Below are positions 52,578 through 64,000 of a DNA stretch of 64,000 nt, in pieces; position 1 is the first letter of the stretch; the number at the start of each line of letters is the position of its first letter. The notes beneath the pieces are model-generated. The model searched no databases, had not been told where the DNA came from, and was given only the letters and a program-made list of their open reading frames with translations. The translations under genes and the position numbers were made by a program. This stretch comes from Blastocatellia bacterium (GTDB lineage: Bacteria > Acidobacteriota > Blastocatellia > RBC074), in NCBI GenBank assembly GCA_035429885.1, contig DAOMFR010000019.1, positions 67 to 64,066 of the forward strand. The letters run 5' to 3'.

Positions 52578-55500
52578 TTGAGGAACGAGATGAAGAAAAC
52601 GCAAACACCGACTGTAATTAACCAAACAATACCGAAGGACAGTAGCGGCAATTTCCTTGCTGGCGTGCTGAAATCTGTTCCTGTTCGGTTGCCGGTTACC
52701 TTTGGGCGCAACCTGCTGCCGTTCACGATTGTTTTCCTGCTTTTGTTGTCGGCGCAGGCGCAAACGCCAGACCGCAAACGCGGCGAAGAAGGGCTGCCAT
52801 TTGTCACATGGTACAGCCCGGAAACCTATCAGGGATCGTCGCAGGTATTTGCGGTAGAGCAGGATGACCGTGGACTGATTTACTTGGGAACCAACGCCGG
52901 AGTTCGGGAATACGATGGCAGTTCGTGGCGAACGATTCAGACGCCGCACAATGGCATTGTGCGCGGGCTGGCCAAGGGCACAGACGGACGCATTTATGTC
53001 GGAGAAGTCGGCGATTTTGGTTACTTGCAACCCGATGCGCATGGCACGATGCACTATGTCTCGTTGCTGGAAATGGTGCCGCCAGAGGATCGAAATTTTC
53101 AGGATGTAACCCGCGTGATCATTACCCCGGAAGGCATTTATTTTCAGCCGCGTGAAATTCTTATGCGCCTGACACGAGAGGGCAATGGGTGGCGCTATAA
53201 ATCATGGAAGCCCACACAGGCATTTTCACAGCCTTACTATGTTTACGGCACACTTTATGTGCGAACGTCAGAGGGCGGGATATATCGAATGGCAGGCGAT
53301 GTCTTGCAACCGCTGACGCTGCGCGGGCCATTCATTCAGGCGAATAACAGATTGACCTTGATGTTGCCTTATTCGGACAAGACGGGAGAGATATTGCTGG
53401 GAACCCGCACCGGTGACCTATTTGTGTTGGATGGTGAGTCCCTGCGCCCTTTTGTGTCTGAGGCCGCGTCGCTGTTACACCAATTGGGCATGATTCGCGC
53501 GGCAGTTTTGCGTGACGGCGCGTATGGCATCGTCACTGCGACAGGCGGATTGGTGATTCTTGAGCGCAACGGCAAGATGCGGCGCTATCTGGATCGCTCG
53601 GCGGGAATTCTCTCGGATGGCGGGCATTACATTCTCGTAGATCGCGTTGGAACCGTCTGGTTGGCTTTACAAAACGGTGTCGCCAAAGTTGAAACGACGT
53701 CTCCCTTAACTGAATTCTCACGCGCGATGGGGATGTCAGGGTCTGTCACTGAAATTGTGCGCTATCGTGGAGAGTTATTCGTTGCCACTACCAATGGCTT
53801 GCAACGACTCGATGCCTCCACCAGACAATTCCAACGAGTCGCAGAGGTTAAAGACCCCGAAAATTTTGGGTTGCTGGTACACGGGGATACTTTGCTGGTG
53901 GCTACGGCTGCGGAAGGAATATACCAGTTTAACGACAAGCGCCTGACGGGATTGTTTCGGTTTCCCAAGCCGTCTACTTCTGCTTACTCAATGTCCCCAT
54001 CTCTGCAGGATGCGAATCGGGTCTGGGTTTGCACCTCTGAAGGCTTGGCCGCCATTCGGAAAGATACTGCGGGTCGCTGGGTCTATGAGGGATTGATCGA
54101 AAATCTTCCGGTTCTTCGCTCCCTCGTTGAACCGGAACCCGGCGTATTATGGATTGGCACCGAAGCCAGAGGCGTTTTGCGCATTCGTTTGCAGGGCAAT
54201 TCGCTGCTTAATCCCAAAATAGAATCTTTCACTTCAGCCAACGGATTGCCTGATGACAGTGGTGTCAGCGTCCATAAAGCTGCTGGGCGCATCATCTTTG
54301 CCAACCGTGCAGGAGCGCGCGAATTTGACGAATCGAGCGGGCGGTTTGTGGAATCGAAACTCTTTGGCGCGGTTCCGACAGGCGGATCGTCTGAAGAGTA
54401 CACCGTGCGGACGAATTCCAAAGGCGACATCTGGGTCAATTTCGGTGCGCGCCCTGTGTTAATGCGGCGACAAGGCGATGGTTCGTACCAAATGGACAAC
54501 CGTTTGTTGGGACGCATCAACAATGGACAGGTTTCCTGGTTGCACGTGGACGCAGACGATGTGTTGTGGATGGGCGGGTTGGATCGGGTGATCCGTTACG
54601 ATCCGGCTTTGGCGGCGAGCAACGCAACGACAGTGCCGACGTTGGTGCGGAGCGTTGCGGCAGGTGAATCTGCGACGCTACTTTATGGTGGCGGTGGCGG
54701 CGAATTGGCCATCCGGATGAACTCTCCGCTGGCTTATGCGAACAATACGTTACGGTTTGAGTATGCCGTCGCCAGTTTGGAAGACCCCGCGCGCAATCAA
54801 TATCAAACCATGCTGGAAGGCTTTGACCACGATTGGTCAGTCTGGACGCGCGAAACGCGGCGCGAATACACAAATCTGCCGCCAGGGACTTATCGTTTTC
54901 GCGTAAAGTCGCTTAATGCATTGGGGCAATCGGGGGCTGAAGCCGAATACCGATTGACGATTTTGCCGCCGTGGTATCGCACGTGGTGGGCGTATGGCGC
55001 TTATGTCCTGATGCTGGGCTTGGCGGCGTTTGGTTCGCGGCATTGGATGCTCAAGCACGAACGCGAAAAGGCGCAACGGCAAAAGGCAGAACTGGAAGCC
55101 ACTGTTGCGGCGCGCACGCAGGAAATCAGCGCCCGTGCCGCCGAACTCACCACCGTCAATCACATCACACAGGCGCTCGCCACTCAGCTCGACAAAGACG
55201 CCTTGATAGAACTGGTCGGGGAACAGGTGCGCGAAGTGTTTCATGCTTCGATTGCCTATGTTGCCTTGCTCAATCGAGCAACGATGATGATCGAATTCCC
55301 TTACCTGCACGGCGAAGACCTCGAACCGATTCCGTATGGAGAAGGCATGACTTCGCAGATTATTCGCACCGGGCAACCGCTGCTGATCAATCGCAACTTC
55401 GGCAGCAGCCGCGAAGAAATGGGCGTGCGGTTGATTGGCCGCCAGCCCGCGTCTTTCCTGGGCGTGCCGATTCGCGCAGGCGGGGAAGTCGTTGGCGTGC

Positions 55501-57146
55501 TCAGCGTGCAGGCGATGGAAGAAGAAGGCCGCTTTACCGAAGCCGATCAACGGTTGCTGGCGACGATTGCCACGGCGGTCGGCGTCACGCTGCACAATGC
55601 AAACCTGTATGAAACGGCGCGCGTGGCCCGCGTTGCCGCGGAAGAAGCCGATGAAGCCAAGAGCATCTTTCTGGCCAATATGAGCCACGAATTGCGCACG
55701 CCGCTCAATGCCGTCATTGGATACAGCGAGATGTTGCAGGAAGAAGCCGAGGACCTGGGACAGGATGAGTTCATTCCTGATCTGCAAAAAATCAATGCCG
55801 CCGGGCGTCACCTGCTCGAATTGATTAACAGCATTTTGGATCTTTCGAAGATCGAAGCCGGCAAGATGGAGCTTTACCTGGAATCGTTTGAGGTGAAGAC
55901 CTTGATTGATGATGTAGCGGCGGTGATTCAACCGCTGGTCGGGCGCAAAGGCAATCAACTGACGATTCATTGTCAGCCGGAGGTCGGCACGATGCGCGCC
56001 GACCTGACCAAAATCCGCCAATCGCTGTTCAATCTATTGTCGAATGCGTCGAAATTTACGGAAGCTGGCTCCATCACACTGGATGTCGCGCGCCGCGACA
56101 ACCGGGTGATCTTTCGCGTCAGCGACACCGGCATCGGCATGACCGAAGCGCAGATCGGCAAGTTGTTTCAGCCCTTCATGCAGGCTGATGTTTCGACCAC
56201 AAGGCAATACGGCGGCACGGGCTTGGGGCTGACTATCACCAAAAAATTCTGCGAAATGATGGGTGGCGAAATCCACGTCGAAAGCCAGCCGGGATGCGGT
56301 TCAGTCTTCACCATCGAATTGCCCGCGCAAATGGGCGACGCCAAAGCCGGCAGCGAACGGAGCACTGCGCAACTTGGTATTGCTCCCAATGCGCCATTGA
56401 TTTTGGTGATTGACGATGACCCGGCGGTGCAGGAATTGATGCAGCGTTTCTTAAACCGCGAAGGGTTTCGCGTCGCCAACGCGCTCAACGGACAGGAAGG
56501 ATTGCGCCTTGCTCAGGAATTGCAACCCGCTGCGATTACGCTGGACGTGATGATGCCGGGAATGGACGGATGGGCTGTGCTGTCTGCGCTTAAAGCCAAT
56601 TCGGCCACGCACGATTTGCCGGTGATTATGCTGACGATTGTGGACGACCGAAACCTCGGCTATGCGCTGGGCGCGGCGGAATATTTGAACAAACCGGTTG
56701 ACCGCGAACGTTTGCTGACCTTGCTGAAAAAGTATCGTCCCGAAACTCACACCGGTTCAGTGTTGATTGTCGAAGACGAACCCGCGACCCGCGAAATGTT
56801 GCGGCGCATGCTGGAACAGGAAGGCTGGGAAGTCGCCGAAGCCGAAAACGGGCGCGCAGGGCTGACGCAGTTGGCAGTACTAACGCCGCATCTGATCCTG
56901 CTGGATTTGATGATGCCCGAAGTGGACGGCTTTACCTTTGTTGAGGAACTCAACCAGAACCCGCAATGGCGCGGCATCCCGATTGTCGTCATCACGGCAA
57001 AGGACGTAACGGTCGAAGATCGGCTGCGTCTGAATGGATACGTTGAGAAGATTCTGGAAAAAGGCGCCTACAAACGCGAAGAGCTTTTGCGCGAAGTGCG
57101 CGATCTGGTGGCGGCGTGCGTGCGCGAAACGAATGCGATCAGTTAG
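52578..57146 (+). CDS. hybrid sensor histidine kinase (Reg_prop/Y_Y_Y - GAF - HisKA/HATPase - REC - REC)
   Basis: Propeller and Y_Y_Y segments similar to the 48316 gene product; [28 protein letters not shown]; [26 protein letters not shown]; [24 protein letters not shown]; REC motifs [27 protein letters not shown] and [27 protein letters not shown]. Start may be 52590 (MKKTQTP). Confidence 0.93.
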   Translation: MRNEMKKTQTPTVINQTIPKDSSGNFLAGVLKSVPVRLPVTFGRNLLPFTIVFLLLLSAQAQTPDRKRGEEGLPFVTWYSPETYQGSSQVFAVEQDDRGLIYLGTNAGVREYDGSSWRTIQTPHNGIVRGLAKGTDGRIYVGEVGDFGYLQPDAHGTMHYVSLLEMVPPEDRNFQDVTRVIITPEGIYFQPREILMRLTREGNGWRYKSWKPTQAFSQPYYVYGTLYVRTSEGGIYRMAGDVLQPLTLRGPFIQANNRLTLMLPYSDKTGEILLGTRTGDLFVLDGESLRPFVSEAASLLHQLGMIRAAVLRDGAYGIVTATGGLVILERNGKMRRYLDRSAGILSDGGHYILVDRVGTVWLALQNGVAKVETTSPLTEFSRAMGMSGSVTEIVRYRGELFVATTNGLQRLDASTRQFQRVAEVKDPENFGLLVHGDTLLVATAAEGIYQFNDKRLTGLFRFPKPSTSAYSMSPSLQDANRVWVCTSEGLAAIRKDTAGRWVYEGLIENLPVLRSLVEPEPGVLWIGTEARGVLRIRLQGNSLLNPKIESFTSANGLPDDSGVSVHKAAGRIIFANRAGAREFDESSGRFVESKLFGAVPTGGSSEEYTVRTNSKGDIWVNFGARPVLMRRQGDGSYQMDNRLLGRINNGQVSWLHVDADDVLWMGGLDRVIRYDPALAASNATTVPTLVRSVAAGESATLLYGGGGGELAIRMNSPLAYANNTLRFEYAVASLEDPARNQYQTMLEGFDHDWSVWTRETRREYTNLPPGTYRFRVKSLNALGQSGAEAEYRLTILPPWYRTWWAYGAYVLMLGLAAFGSRHWMLKHEREKAQRQKAELEATVAARTQEISARAAELTTVNHITQALATQLDKDALIELVGEQVREVFHASIAYVALLNRATMMIEFPYLHGEDLEPIPYGEGMTSQIIRTGQPLLINRNFGSSREEMGVRLIGRQPASFLGVPIRAGGEVVGVLSVQAMEEEGRFTEADQRLLATIATAVGVTLHNANLYETARVARVAAEEADEAKSIFLANMSHELRTPLNAVIGYSEMLQEEAEDLGQDEFIPDLQKINAAGRHLLELINSILDLSKIEAGKMELYLESFEVKTLIDDVAAVIQPLVGRKGNQLTIHCQPEVGTMRADLTKIRQSLFNLLSNASKFTEAGSITLDVARRDNRVIFRVSDTGIGMTEAQIGKLFQPFMQADVSTTRQYGGTGLGLTITKKFCEMMGGEIHVESQPGCGSVFTIELPAQMGDAKAGSERSTAQLGIAPNAPLILVIDDDPAVQELMQRFLNREGFRVANALNGQEGLRLAQELQPAAITLDVMMPGMDGWAVLSALKANSATHDLPVIMLTIVDDRNLGYALGAAEYLNKPVDRERLLTLLKKYRPETHTGSVLIVEDEPATREMLRRMLEQEGWEVAEAENGRAGLTQLAVLTPHLILLDLMMPEVDGFTFVEELNQNPQWRGIPIVVITAKDVTVEDRLRLNGYVEKILEKGAYKREELLREVRDLVAACVRETNAIS

Positions 57147-57155
57147 AGGACGAGT

Positions 57156-57261
57156 GTGTCAGTAGCTCGCGCGTAAGCAAGGGCTGCACTGGCAGTGCGT
57201 ACCTCGTCTCCATCGGGCGCATTGCCGAGGCAGCCCTCCCTCACGATCGGGCTACTGACAC
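57156..57261. repeat. imperfect long inverted repeat in intergenic region
   Basis: Arms 57156-57187 gtgtcagtagctcgcgcgtaagcaagggctgc and 57230-57261 gcagccctccctcacgatcgggctactgacac match at 26/32 positions. Confidence 0.75.
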
Positions 57262-57286
57262 AGTATTAACCGATAGGAAAACCATT

Positions 57287-57655
57287 ATGCCCAAAATATT
57301 GCTTGTAGAAGATAACGAAATGAATCGCGACATGCTTTCGCGGCGGTTGGCGCGGAAAAATTATGAAGTCGTCATGGCCGTGGATGGGCTGGAAGCCGTC
57401 GCCAAAGCGCAAAGCGAACAGCCTGATTTGATCTTGATGGACATTAGTTTGCCGGTCATTGATGGGCGCGAAGCGACGCGCCGCATTCGGGCTACGGAAG
57501 AAACCAAATCCATTCCCATCCTCGCCCTGACGGCGCACGCGATGGCGGGTGACCGCGATCAGGCGCTGGAGGCGGGTTGTGATGATTACGAAACCAAACC
57601 GATAGACCTGCCGCGTTTGCTCGATAAAATCGAAGCCTTACTGAACCGGGTATGA
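57287..57655 (+). CDS. single-domain response regulator
   Basis: MPKILLVEDNEMNRDMLSRRLARKNYEVVMAVDGLEAVAKAQSEQPDLILMDISLPVIDGREATRRIRATEETKSIPILALTAHAM..YETKPIDLPRLLDKI. Start placed at 57287; the track ORF's N-terminal extension is the palindromic element. Confidence 0.95.
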   Translation: MPKILLVEDNEMNRDMLSRRLARKNYEVVMAVDGLEAVAKAQSEQPDLILMDISLPVIDGREATRRIRATEETKSIPILALTAHAMAGDRDQALEAGCDDYETKPIDLPRLLDKIEALLNRV

Positions 57656-59346
57656 ACGAAACGGAAATCCCCACAGAACAAAGCGGGCGCACGATGCTGG
57701 CGCATTTGCGGCATGAATTGCGCACGCCTCTGAATGCCGTCATCGGTTACAGCGAAATGTTGCTGGAAGACGCCGACGCCGACGAGTTTGGTTCGGTGTT
57801 GCGGCGGATGCTGGCTGCCGGAAGGGAATTGCTGAGTGTCGTCAACGAATTGCTCGACCCGGCGGCGCTGGTGCAAAAGATGGCCGGGCAAACCGTCGCG
57901 CAATTTGTTGCCACGGCACAACGCCAATTGCGCACCTCGTTGACCACGGTTTCCGGTTACTGCGAATTGCTGTTGGAAGAAGGCGCTGAAACCGGACGCG
58001 AAGAATTTGCCGCTGATCTCGAACGCATTCAACAAGCCGCCGCCCGCTTTCTGACGTTGATTGACAGCGTGATCGATTGGGCGCTAGTCGAACAGGAAGT
58101 CGAACAATTCGCGCGCGCCAACGTTCCTGCGAGCACGCAAACAGGTGCGGATGCGTCGCCAATACCTGACAGCCTGGAATCACTGCGCACGGCAACGGGT
58201 TCATTGCTGGTGGTGGATGACAACGAAGTTAATCGCGATTTGCTCTCGCGCCGGTTGGTGCGCGAAGGGCATCAGGTGGCCGAGGCCGTCAATGGACGGC
58301 AGGCGCTGGAAATGATCGAACAAGGCGCGTTTGATCTGGTGCTGCTGGACGTGATGATGCCGGAACTGAACGGGCACGAAGTGCTCGAACACCTGCAACG
58401 CGAAGGCCGCTTGCGGGATTTGCCTGTCATTATGCTTTCGGCTGGTGGTGAACTTGAAAGCATCGTGCAGTGCATTAGCCTTGGCGCAGAAGATTATTTG
58501 TCCAAACCTTATGACCCGATTTTGCTGCGCGCCCGCATCAACGCCAGCCTGGAAAAGAAACGGCTTCGCGACCGTTTGCGCGAACAGTTGCGCGCTATCG
58601 AACAGGAACTCAACGTTGCCGCGCGCATTCAGCAATCCATCCTGCCGCGCAAATTTCCCGTCAACGAGCATCTGGAAATCTTTGCCGAAATGACGCCCGC
58701 GCGCGCCATCGGCGGAGACTTTTATGATTTCTTTCCGATTGGAGGGCCGAATGATGAAACGCGCTTCGGTTTTGCCATTGCCGATGTTTCGGGCAAAGGC
58801 GCTCCGGCGGCGCTGTTTATGGCGCTCAGCCGCGCCTTTCTGAAAGCAACTGCCAGCGAGGGCAGCGAAGGCATGTCAGCGGGCGAATGCCTGACCCGTG
58901 TCAATCGCCTGATTCAAGCGGAAAACCACACGAGGATGTTTGTCACGGCGTTTTACGGCATCCTGAATTTGCAAACCGGAGCAGTTGAATTTGCCAATGC
59001 GGGCCACAACCATCCGTATCTGTTGCGCGCGGGCAATCCGCCCGTGATGCTCGATCATCGCAACTCACTTGTGCTCGGCATGCGCAAAGCCGTGGAATAT
59101 CCCACCCATCAGTTGCAATTGCAGCCGGGCGACCGCCTGTTTCTGTACACCGATGGCGTGACCGAGGCGATGACGGAGCAAGGCGAAGAGTTTTCCGAAG
59201 AGCGGCTCGCCCAGGCCTTGGCGCGAGCCGAGCAGTGTTCCTTGCAGGAAACGACACGTTTGGTCAGTGACGCTGTGCGAGAATTCGCTGACGGTGCGCC
59301 GCAATCCGACGACCTGACGATGCTTATCGTTCAATACAATGGATGA
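57652..59346 (+). CDS. HisKA-like segment(s) - REC - PP2C/SpoIIE phosphatase fusion lacking HATPase
   Basis: [26 protein letters not shown]; second LRTSLTTVSGYCELLLEEG; REC SLLVVDDNEVNRDLLSRRLVREGHQVAEAVNG..LDVMMPELNGHE..SKPYDP; phosphatase IGGDFYDFFP..FAIADVSGKGAPAALFMALSR..GHNHPYLL..LFLYTDGVTEAM. Confidence 0.92.
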   Translation: MNETEIPTEQSGRTMLAHLRHELRTPLNAVIGYSEMLLEDADADEFGSVLRRMLAAGRELLSVVNELLDPAALVQKMAGQTVAQFVATAQRQLRTSLTTVSGYCELLLEEGAETGREEFAADLERIQQAAARFLTLIDSVIDWALVEQEVEQFARANVPASTQTGADASPIPDSLESLRTATGSLLVVDDNEVNRDLLSRRLVREGHQVAEAVNGRQALEMIEQGAFDLVLLDVMMPELNGHEVLEHLQREGRLRDLPVIMLSAGGELESIVQCISLGAEDYLSKPYDPILLRARINASLEKKRLRDRLREQLRAIEQELNVAARIQQSILPRKFPVNEHLEIFAEMTPARAIGGDFYDFFPIGGPNDETRFGFAIADVSGKGAPAALFMALSRAFLKATASEGSEGMSAGECLTRVNRLIQAENHTRMFVTAFYGILNLQTGAVEFANAGHNHPYLLRAGNPPVMLDHRNSLVLGMRKAVEYPTHQLQLQPGDRLFLYTDGVTEAMTEQGEEFSEERLAQALARAEQCSLQETTRLVSDAVREFADGAPQSDDLTMLIVQYNG

Positions 59347-59471
59347 GCGATCATCTAAATCAAACCAGAAATATCGGAACAGGATTTACAAGATTGGCAC
59401 GATGAACATGAGGATTAGCAAGCCGGTATGAGGGCAATCCTGTAAATCTTGTCATTCCTGTGCTGGTGTAG

Positions 59472-62400
59472 ATGCGTATGCCGAATTGTGAATGCAACGC
59501 CAAGAAACATGCCGCAAGCCGAATTGCTGCGCGCGGACGCAAATGGCTCTGGGTCATGTGGGTGATGTGTGCCTGCGTGTGGTCTGTTCGCGCTCAATAT
59601 CGCTTCGATCACTGGACCGCGGACAACGGGCTGCCGCAGAACTCCGTGCGCGACATCGTGCAAACGCGTGACGGGTATTTGTGGTTTACGACCTTTGACG
59701 GATTGGTGCGCTTTGACGGCGTTCGGTTCACCGTGTTCAACAAGAGCAATACGCCGGGGATTCCCAGCAATCGGTTTTACGCGATTTTGGAAGACCGTCA
59801 GGGGGACTTGTGGGCGACGCTGGAAACCGGCGAAGTCGTGCGGCGGCATCAAGGCCGATTTACCAGTTTCAATCGGGCACACGGTTTGTCAGGAGAGATC
59901 AATCCTTCCTTGGTGGAAGACGAACAGGGCAACCTGCTGATTACTTATTACGGGCTGAATTTTGACGAACAGGGCAACTCCGTAATGGACATCAAGCGAG
60001 TCTATCGGTGGGCGGCTGGGCGCTTCGAACCAGCCGCGGAGCTGCGCTACGATTTCGCGGCGCTGCCCATACCGGCGGCAGAGGCGATTACGACAACCTG
60101 GGGCAAAATCATTGGGGGGGATTACTGGATTGTCACCCGTCAACGTTTTATTCGCTATCGAAAAGGCGGCGGCGTTCAAACGTACCACGAACGAAATGGG
60201 TTGCCGGGAAAACCCCTCGTTCTGCTTGGGGGAGCTTCGTCAGCAACACAGGTCTTTACGCGGGATGCGGCGGGCCGTCTTTGGTTGACGGATTTACAAT
60301 CCTGGCAAAGCCAACTGCTAAGCTCGCAGATACCGGCAGGGTTTGATCTGTGGATGGGGTACGCGGATGTAGAAGGGAACTATTGGTTTAGCAGCAATAA
60401 CAATGGCCTGTTTCGCGCCCGCCGGCAAACGATTGCCACACCCGCGAAGTTGCTGGAACAACATATACAAGAGGTTTACTCACTGCTGGAAAGCCATGAC
60501 GGCGCACTCTGGATTGGGACCGCTGGCAGCGCGCTTCAAGCGGTATTCAGATTCAAGGATGGCACGTTAACGCAATATCCTCCTGCGGAAATCAAAGATG
60601 CCCAGTCGTTTGGGGGAGCGGTCAGTTCGCTGTTCGAGGATCGCGCCGGGCAGATTTGGGTGAATGGGTTCTGGCGTCTGGTGGAAGGCCGCTATCTTTC
60701 TGCGCCCTGGGCTGAGGCATTGGAGTTCCAAAATAAAACTTTCAACTGGACGATGTGCGAAGACCGTGCGGGCGCGTATTGGTTCGGTTCGACAAATGGC
60801 GTCGTGCGCGTTCAAAACGGAGCGGTTACGCAATTCACGACCAAAGACGGCCTCGCGGGCAATGACACTAAAGTCATCATTGAAGACGGCCAAGGCGGCC
60901 TTTGGCTGGGCAGTTACGGCGGGTTGACCCATTACCGCGACGGCAAGTTCACTGCCTGGACAGAAAAAGACGGTTTGCCGGGCGCAACGGTGCGGGCGCT
61001 CAAGCTCGACAGCGACGGAACACTCTGGATTGGCACCTATGACAGCGGCCTGGCGCGTTTCAAAGGCGGGCGCTTCACCAGCTACACAACCAAAGACGGC
61101 TTGTTTGATAACGGCGTCTTTCAAATCCTGGAAGATGATTTCGGCTGGTTCTGGATGAGTTGCAATCGCGGCATTTACCGCGTGCGCAAACAGGAATTGC
61201 TGGATTTCGCCGACGGCAAAACCAAAACGCTGACTTGTCTGGCTTATAACCAAAGCGACGGCATGCCGAGCAGCGAATGCAATGGTGGACGTTGGCCCGC
61301 TGGAGTCAAAACCCGCGATGGCAAGCTCTGGTTTCCGACGATGGGCGGCGTCGCGATGATTGATCCCACGCAGATCAAAGCCAATACCCAACCGCCGCCG
61401 GTCGTGCTGGAAGAGTTACGCATAAACAATCAGCCCGCTTCTTTGGACGCCTGGGATGCCGCCATTCAAAATCCAAACTTTGCCCTTCAGATTTATCCGG
61501 GGCAGGATAATTTCGAGATTGCCTACACGGCGCTGAGCTTCATCAACTCGGAAAACATGCGCTTCAAGTACAAGCTGGAAGGCGCGGATGCCGATTGGGT
61601 GGACGCAGGCACGCGGCGCACGGCGTACTTTTCGCATCTCGCGCCGGGCTCTTACACCTTTCACGTAATTGCGGCGAATGCCGACGGAGTGTGGAACGAG
61701 AAGGGGGCCAGCGTGCGCATCACCGTCGTGCCGCCGTTCTGGCGTACCTGGTGGTTTGTTGCGCTGGCGGGGGTAAGCGTAGCAGGTTTGATTGTCGGCG
61801 CTGTGGTTTACCGCGACCAACAGCAAAAACGCCGCCTGGCTGCGCAACAAGCCGCGCAACAGGCTTTCGCCCGTCAGTTGATCGAATCGCAGGAAACCGA
61901 ACGCAAACGCATCGCTGCCGAGTTGCACGACAGCCTTGGGCAGAATTTGCTGATCGTCAAAAACCGCGCGCAGCTTGGGCAGCTTGCCGCCCAACAAAAA
62001 GATCCGGAGTTGCTGGAACAGTTCGAATGGATCGTCCATTCGGCGTCGCAATCTCTTGAGGAAGTCCGCGAGATTGCGCAAAACCTGCGGCCCTATCACC
62101 TTGACCGGCTGGGGCTGACCAAAGCGCTGGAAGTGATGATCGAGAAAGTGGCGGGCACGACGAAAATTCGGTTTGTCACGGAGCTTGTGCCGCTGGATGA
62201 TTTGTTCAGCAAAGAAGACGCGATCACGCTGTATCGCGTCGTGCAGGAAAGCCTTAACAACATTGTCAAACACGCCCAAGCCACTGAAGCGCGTGTCAGC
62301 GTCAGACGCACGACCGATTCCGTCACGCTGACGATTCACGATAATGGGCGAGGTTTTTCGCCGCTGGACGTTGCCGCCAAACCGCCCGGCTTCGGCTTGC

Positions 62401-62521
62401 ACGGGATGGCGGAACGCGTGCGAATGCTGGGCGGCGAATGGCAACTTGACTCGCAGGAGGGACAAGGCACGACTGTGACAATTCATTTCGCCTTGCCGAT
62501 TTCGATTACGAGAGGAACCAA

Positions 62522-62525
<4 letters not shown>
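59472..62525 (+). CDS. two-component regulator propeller sensor histidine kinase, NarL/HisKA_3 class
   Basis: RFDHWTADNGLPQNSVRDIVQTRDGYLWFTTFDGLVRFDG and many W[IL]GT/YGGLTHY repeats; Y_Y_Y-like segment; TM WWFVALAGVSVAGLIVGAVVY; ERKRIAAELHDSLGQNLLIVKNRAQL; DNGRGFSP..GFGLHGMAERVRMLGGEWQLDS. Confidence 0.93.
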
Positions 62526-63178
<653 letters not shown>

Positions 63179-63185
63179 ACACCCC

Positions 63186-63272
63186 ATGCGGTACAGGGAG
63201 CGGTAGCGACCTGACGACTCGGAGTTGCCTACATTCAGCAGTACGAGGTTGCTACCGCTCCCCGTGCCGCAT
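63186..63272. repeat. imperfect inverted repeat (REP-like) downstream of the NarL-type gene
   Basis: Arms 63186-63212 atgcggtacagggagcggtagcgacct and 63246-63272 aggttgctaccgctccccgtgccgcat match at 24/27 positions. Confidence 0.75.
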
Positions 63273-63279
63273 CCGCTTA

Positions 63280-63333
63280 GGTAGAACTACCTAACAAATT
63301 CCGTAGTTCTACCCAATGCAAAAGGGTAGTTCC
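63280..63333. promoter_or_regulatory. candidate regulator-binding inverted repeats
   Basis: ggtagaactac (63280-63290) and its exact reverse complement gtagttctacc (63303-63313), plus a third related gggtagttcc (63324-63333). Confidence 0.35.
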
Positions 63334-63407
63334 GCCGATTACAACCGTCACAGGTTGTTGCATTCTTCAGACCGTCCACAAACGCAATTCCAGCACACAG
63401 GAGATTC

Positions 63408-63713
63408 ATGAAGGCCTTGATTGTCGAAGACCATGCCGACATGCGCCAGTTGATCCGCTCGGTGAAGCCGTTCACGTCGGCGGACTGGGTAATGACGGAT
63501 TCGGAGGTGCTGAGCGTGGACAGGCTGGAAGCGACGCGGCTTTTGCGAGCGACCTCCCCGAAGCGCGGATCGCGTCATCATCCCTAATACGGAAATAAGC
63601 GTTTGCGCGCCGCCACGCGAAGCGGGCGAGCGCGCCACCTGTTGAAAGAAGACCTGCTGGCCATTCGCAGGATGGTCAGTCCCACACACAACGGCGGATC
63701 TGCTGATGGATAG
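63408..63713 (+). pseudogene. decayed response regulator gene
   Basis: N-terminal part MKALIVEDHADMRQLIRSV...DWVMTDSEVLSVDRLEATRLLRATSP then stop at 63585; other frame continues PEARI; C-terminal part KRLRAATRSGRARHLLKEDLLAIRRMVSPTHNGGSADG* (stop 63711-63713). Typical REC landmarks are split over frames. Confidence 0.75.
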
Positions 63714-63795
63714 AAGCTCTCCGAAGTGACGCTTGACTGCATAGCAAGACTTCACTGAGCACACAGCAATCCGCACACCCTAAAGGAGTGCTGCG

Positions 63796-64000
63796 ATGAA
63801 TAAAAAATTGCGATTGATCTGGTTGGTTCTCACGACTGGTATCGTCCTGGGCTTCGGCCAGTGGCAGACCGCGTCTGCAGCCACCTACACCGTCACGAGC
63901 CTCGGCGATGGCACCGCCAGCGCCACACGTTGTCCGAGCACGACGAATTGTCGCCTGCGCGATGCAATCGCAAAAGCAGTGGCTGGCGATACGATCACCT
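63796..64000 (+). CDS. N-terminus of a secreted protein, CSLREA/parallel beta-helix-like, truncated by the window
   Basis: My translation: MNKKLRLIWLVLTTGIVLGFGQWQTASAATYTVTSLGDGTASATRCPSTTNCRLRDAIAKAVAGDTIT; signal peptide then CRLRDAI...A..GDTI motif; aaaggag upstream. Confidence 0.7.
   Translation, partial: MNKKLRLIWLVLTTGIVLGFGQWQTASAATYTVTSLGDGTASATRCPSTTNCRLRDAIAKAVAGDTIT

Noticed and set aside
54837-56021. 394-aa minus-strand ORF
   Set aside because: Antisense to the hybrid kinase GAF/HisKA region; no domain.
61416-62486. 356-aa minus-strand ORF
   Set aside because: Antisense to the HisKA_3/HATPase region of a clear sensor kinase.
63591-63638. Palindrome-like gcgcgccgccacgcgaagcgggcgagcgcgcc initially read as a REP insertion splitting the regulator gene
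   Set aside because: In frame it reads KRLRAATRSGRARHLLKED, matching the normal C-terminal REC region, so it is degraded coding sequence and not an insertion.

Overview
This 64 kb window looks like a chromosomal segment of an Acidobacteriota-like (possibly Blastocatellia) bacterium; the taxon is inferred from gene content only. I saw no rRNA, tRNA, CRISPR array, transposase or phage module. Left part: an FHA protein, an amidohydrolase with a C-terminal CIA30-like domain, an M20 peptidase, then two adjacent giant minus-strand genes (1880 and 2179 aa) of unknown function. Middle: ybaK, a BlaI/M56 pair next to a TonB receptor, a Tat-type DUF1501 protein, and xthA. Next is a minus-strand redox cluster (24.2-30.8 kb): a membrane ferredoxin-flavoprotein with a zinc-ribbon insert, a PIG-L deacetylase, an FHA-TM-heptaheme protein, and a double cNMP-binding/4Fe-4S/cytochrome b-like membrane protein. 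After it come a subtilisin followed by a free-standing I9-like mini-protein, two secreted proteins with dockerin-like and cohesin-like segments, and a split glcE/glcF region. The right 16 kb is a dense signalling island: three Reg_prop/Y_Y_Y sensor kinases, two REC-PP2C phosphatases (one with two kinase-less HisKA-like segments), three separate response regulators, a decayed response regulator pseudogene and several long imperfect palindromes. The best candidates for undescribed biology are the FHA/cNMP-linked electron-transfer cluster and the giant-protein pair. All functional roles are inferences from motifs; no homology search was possible.
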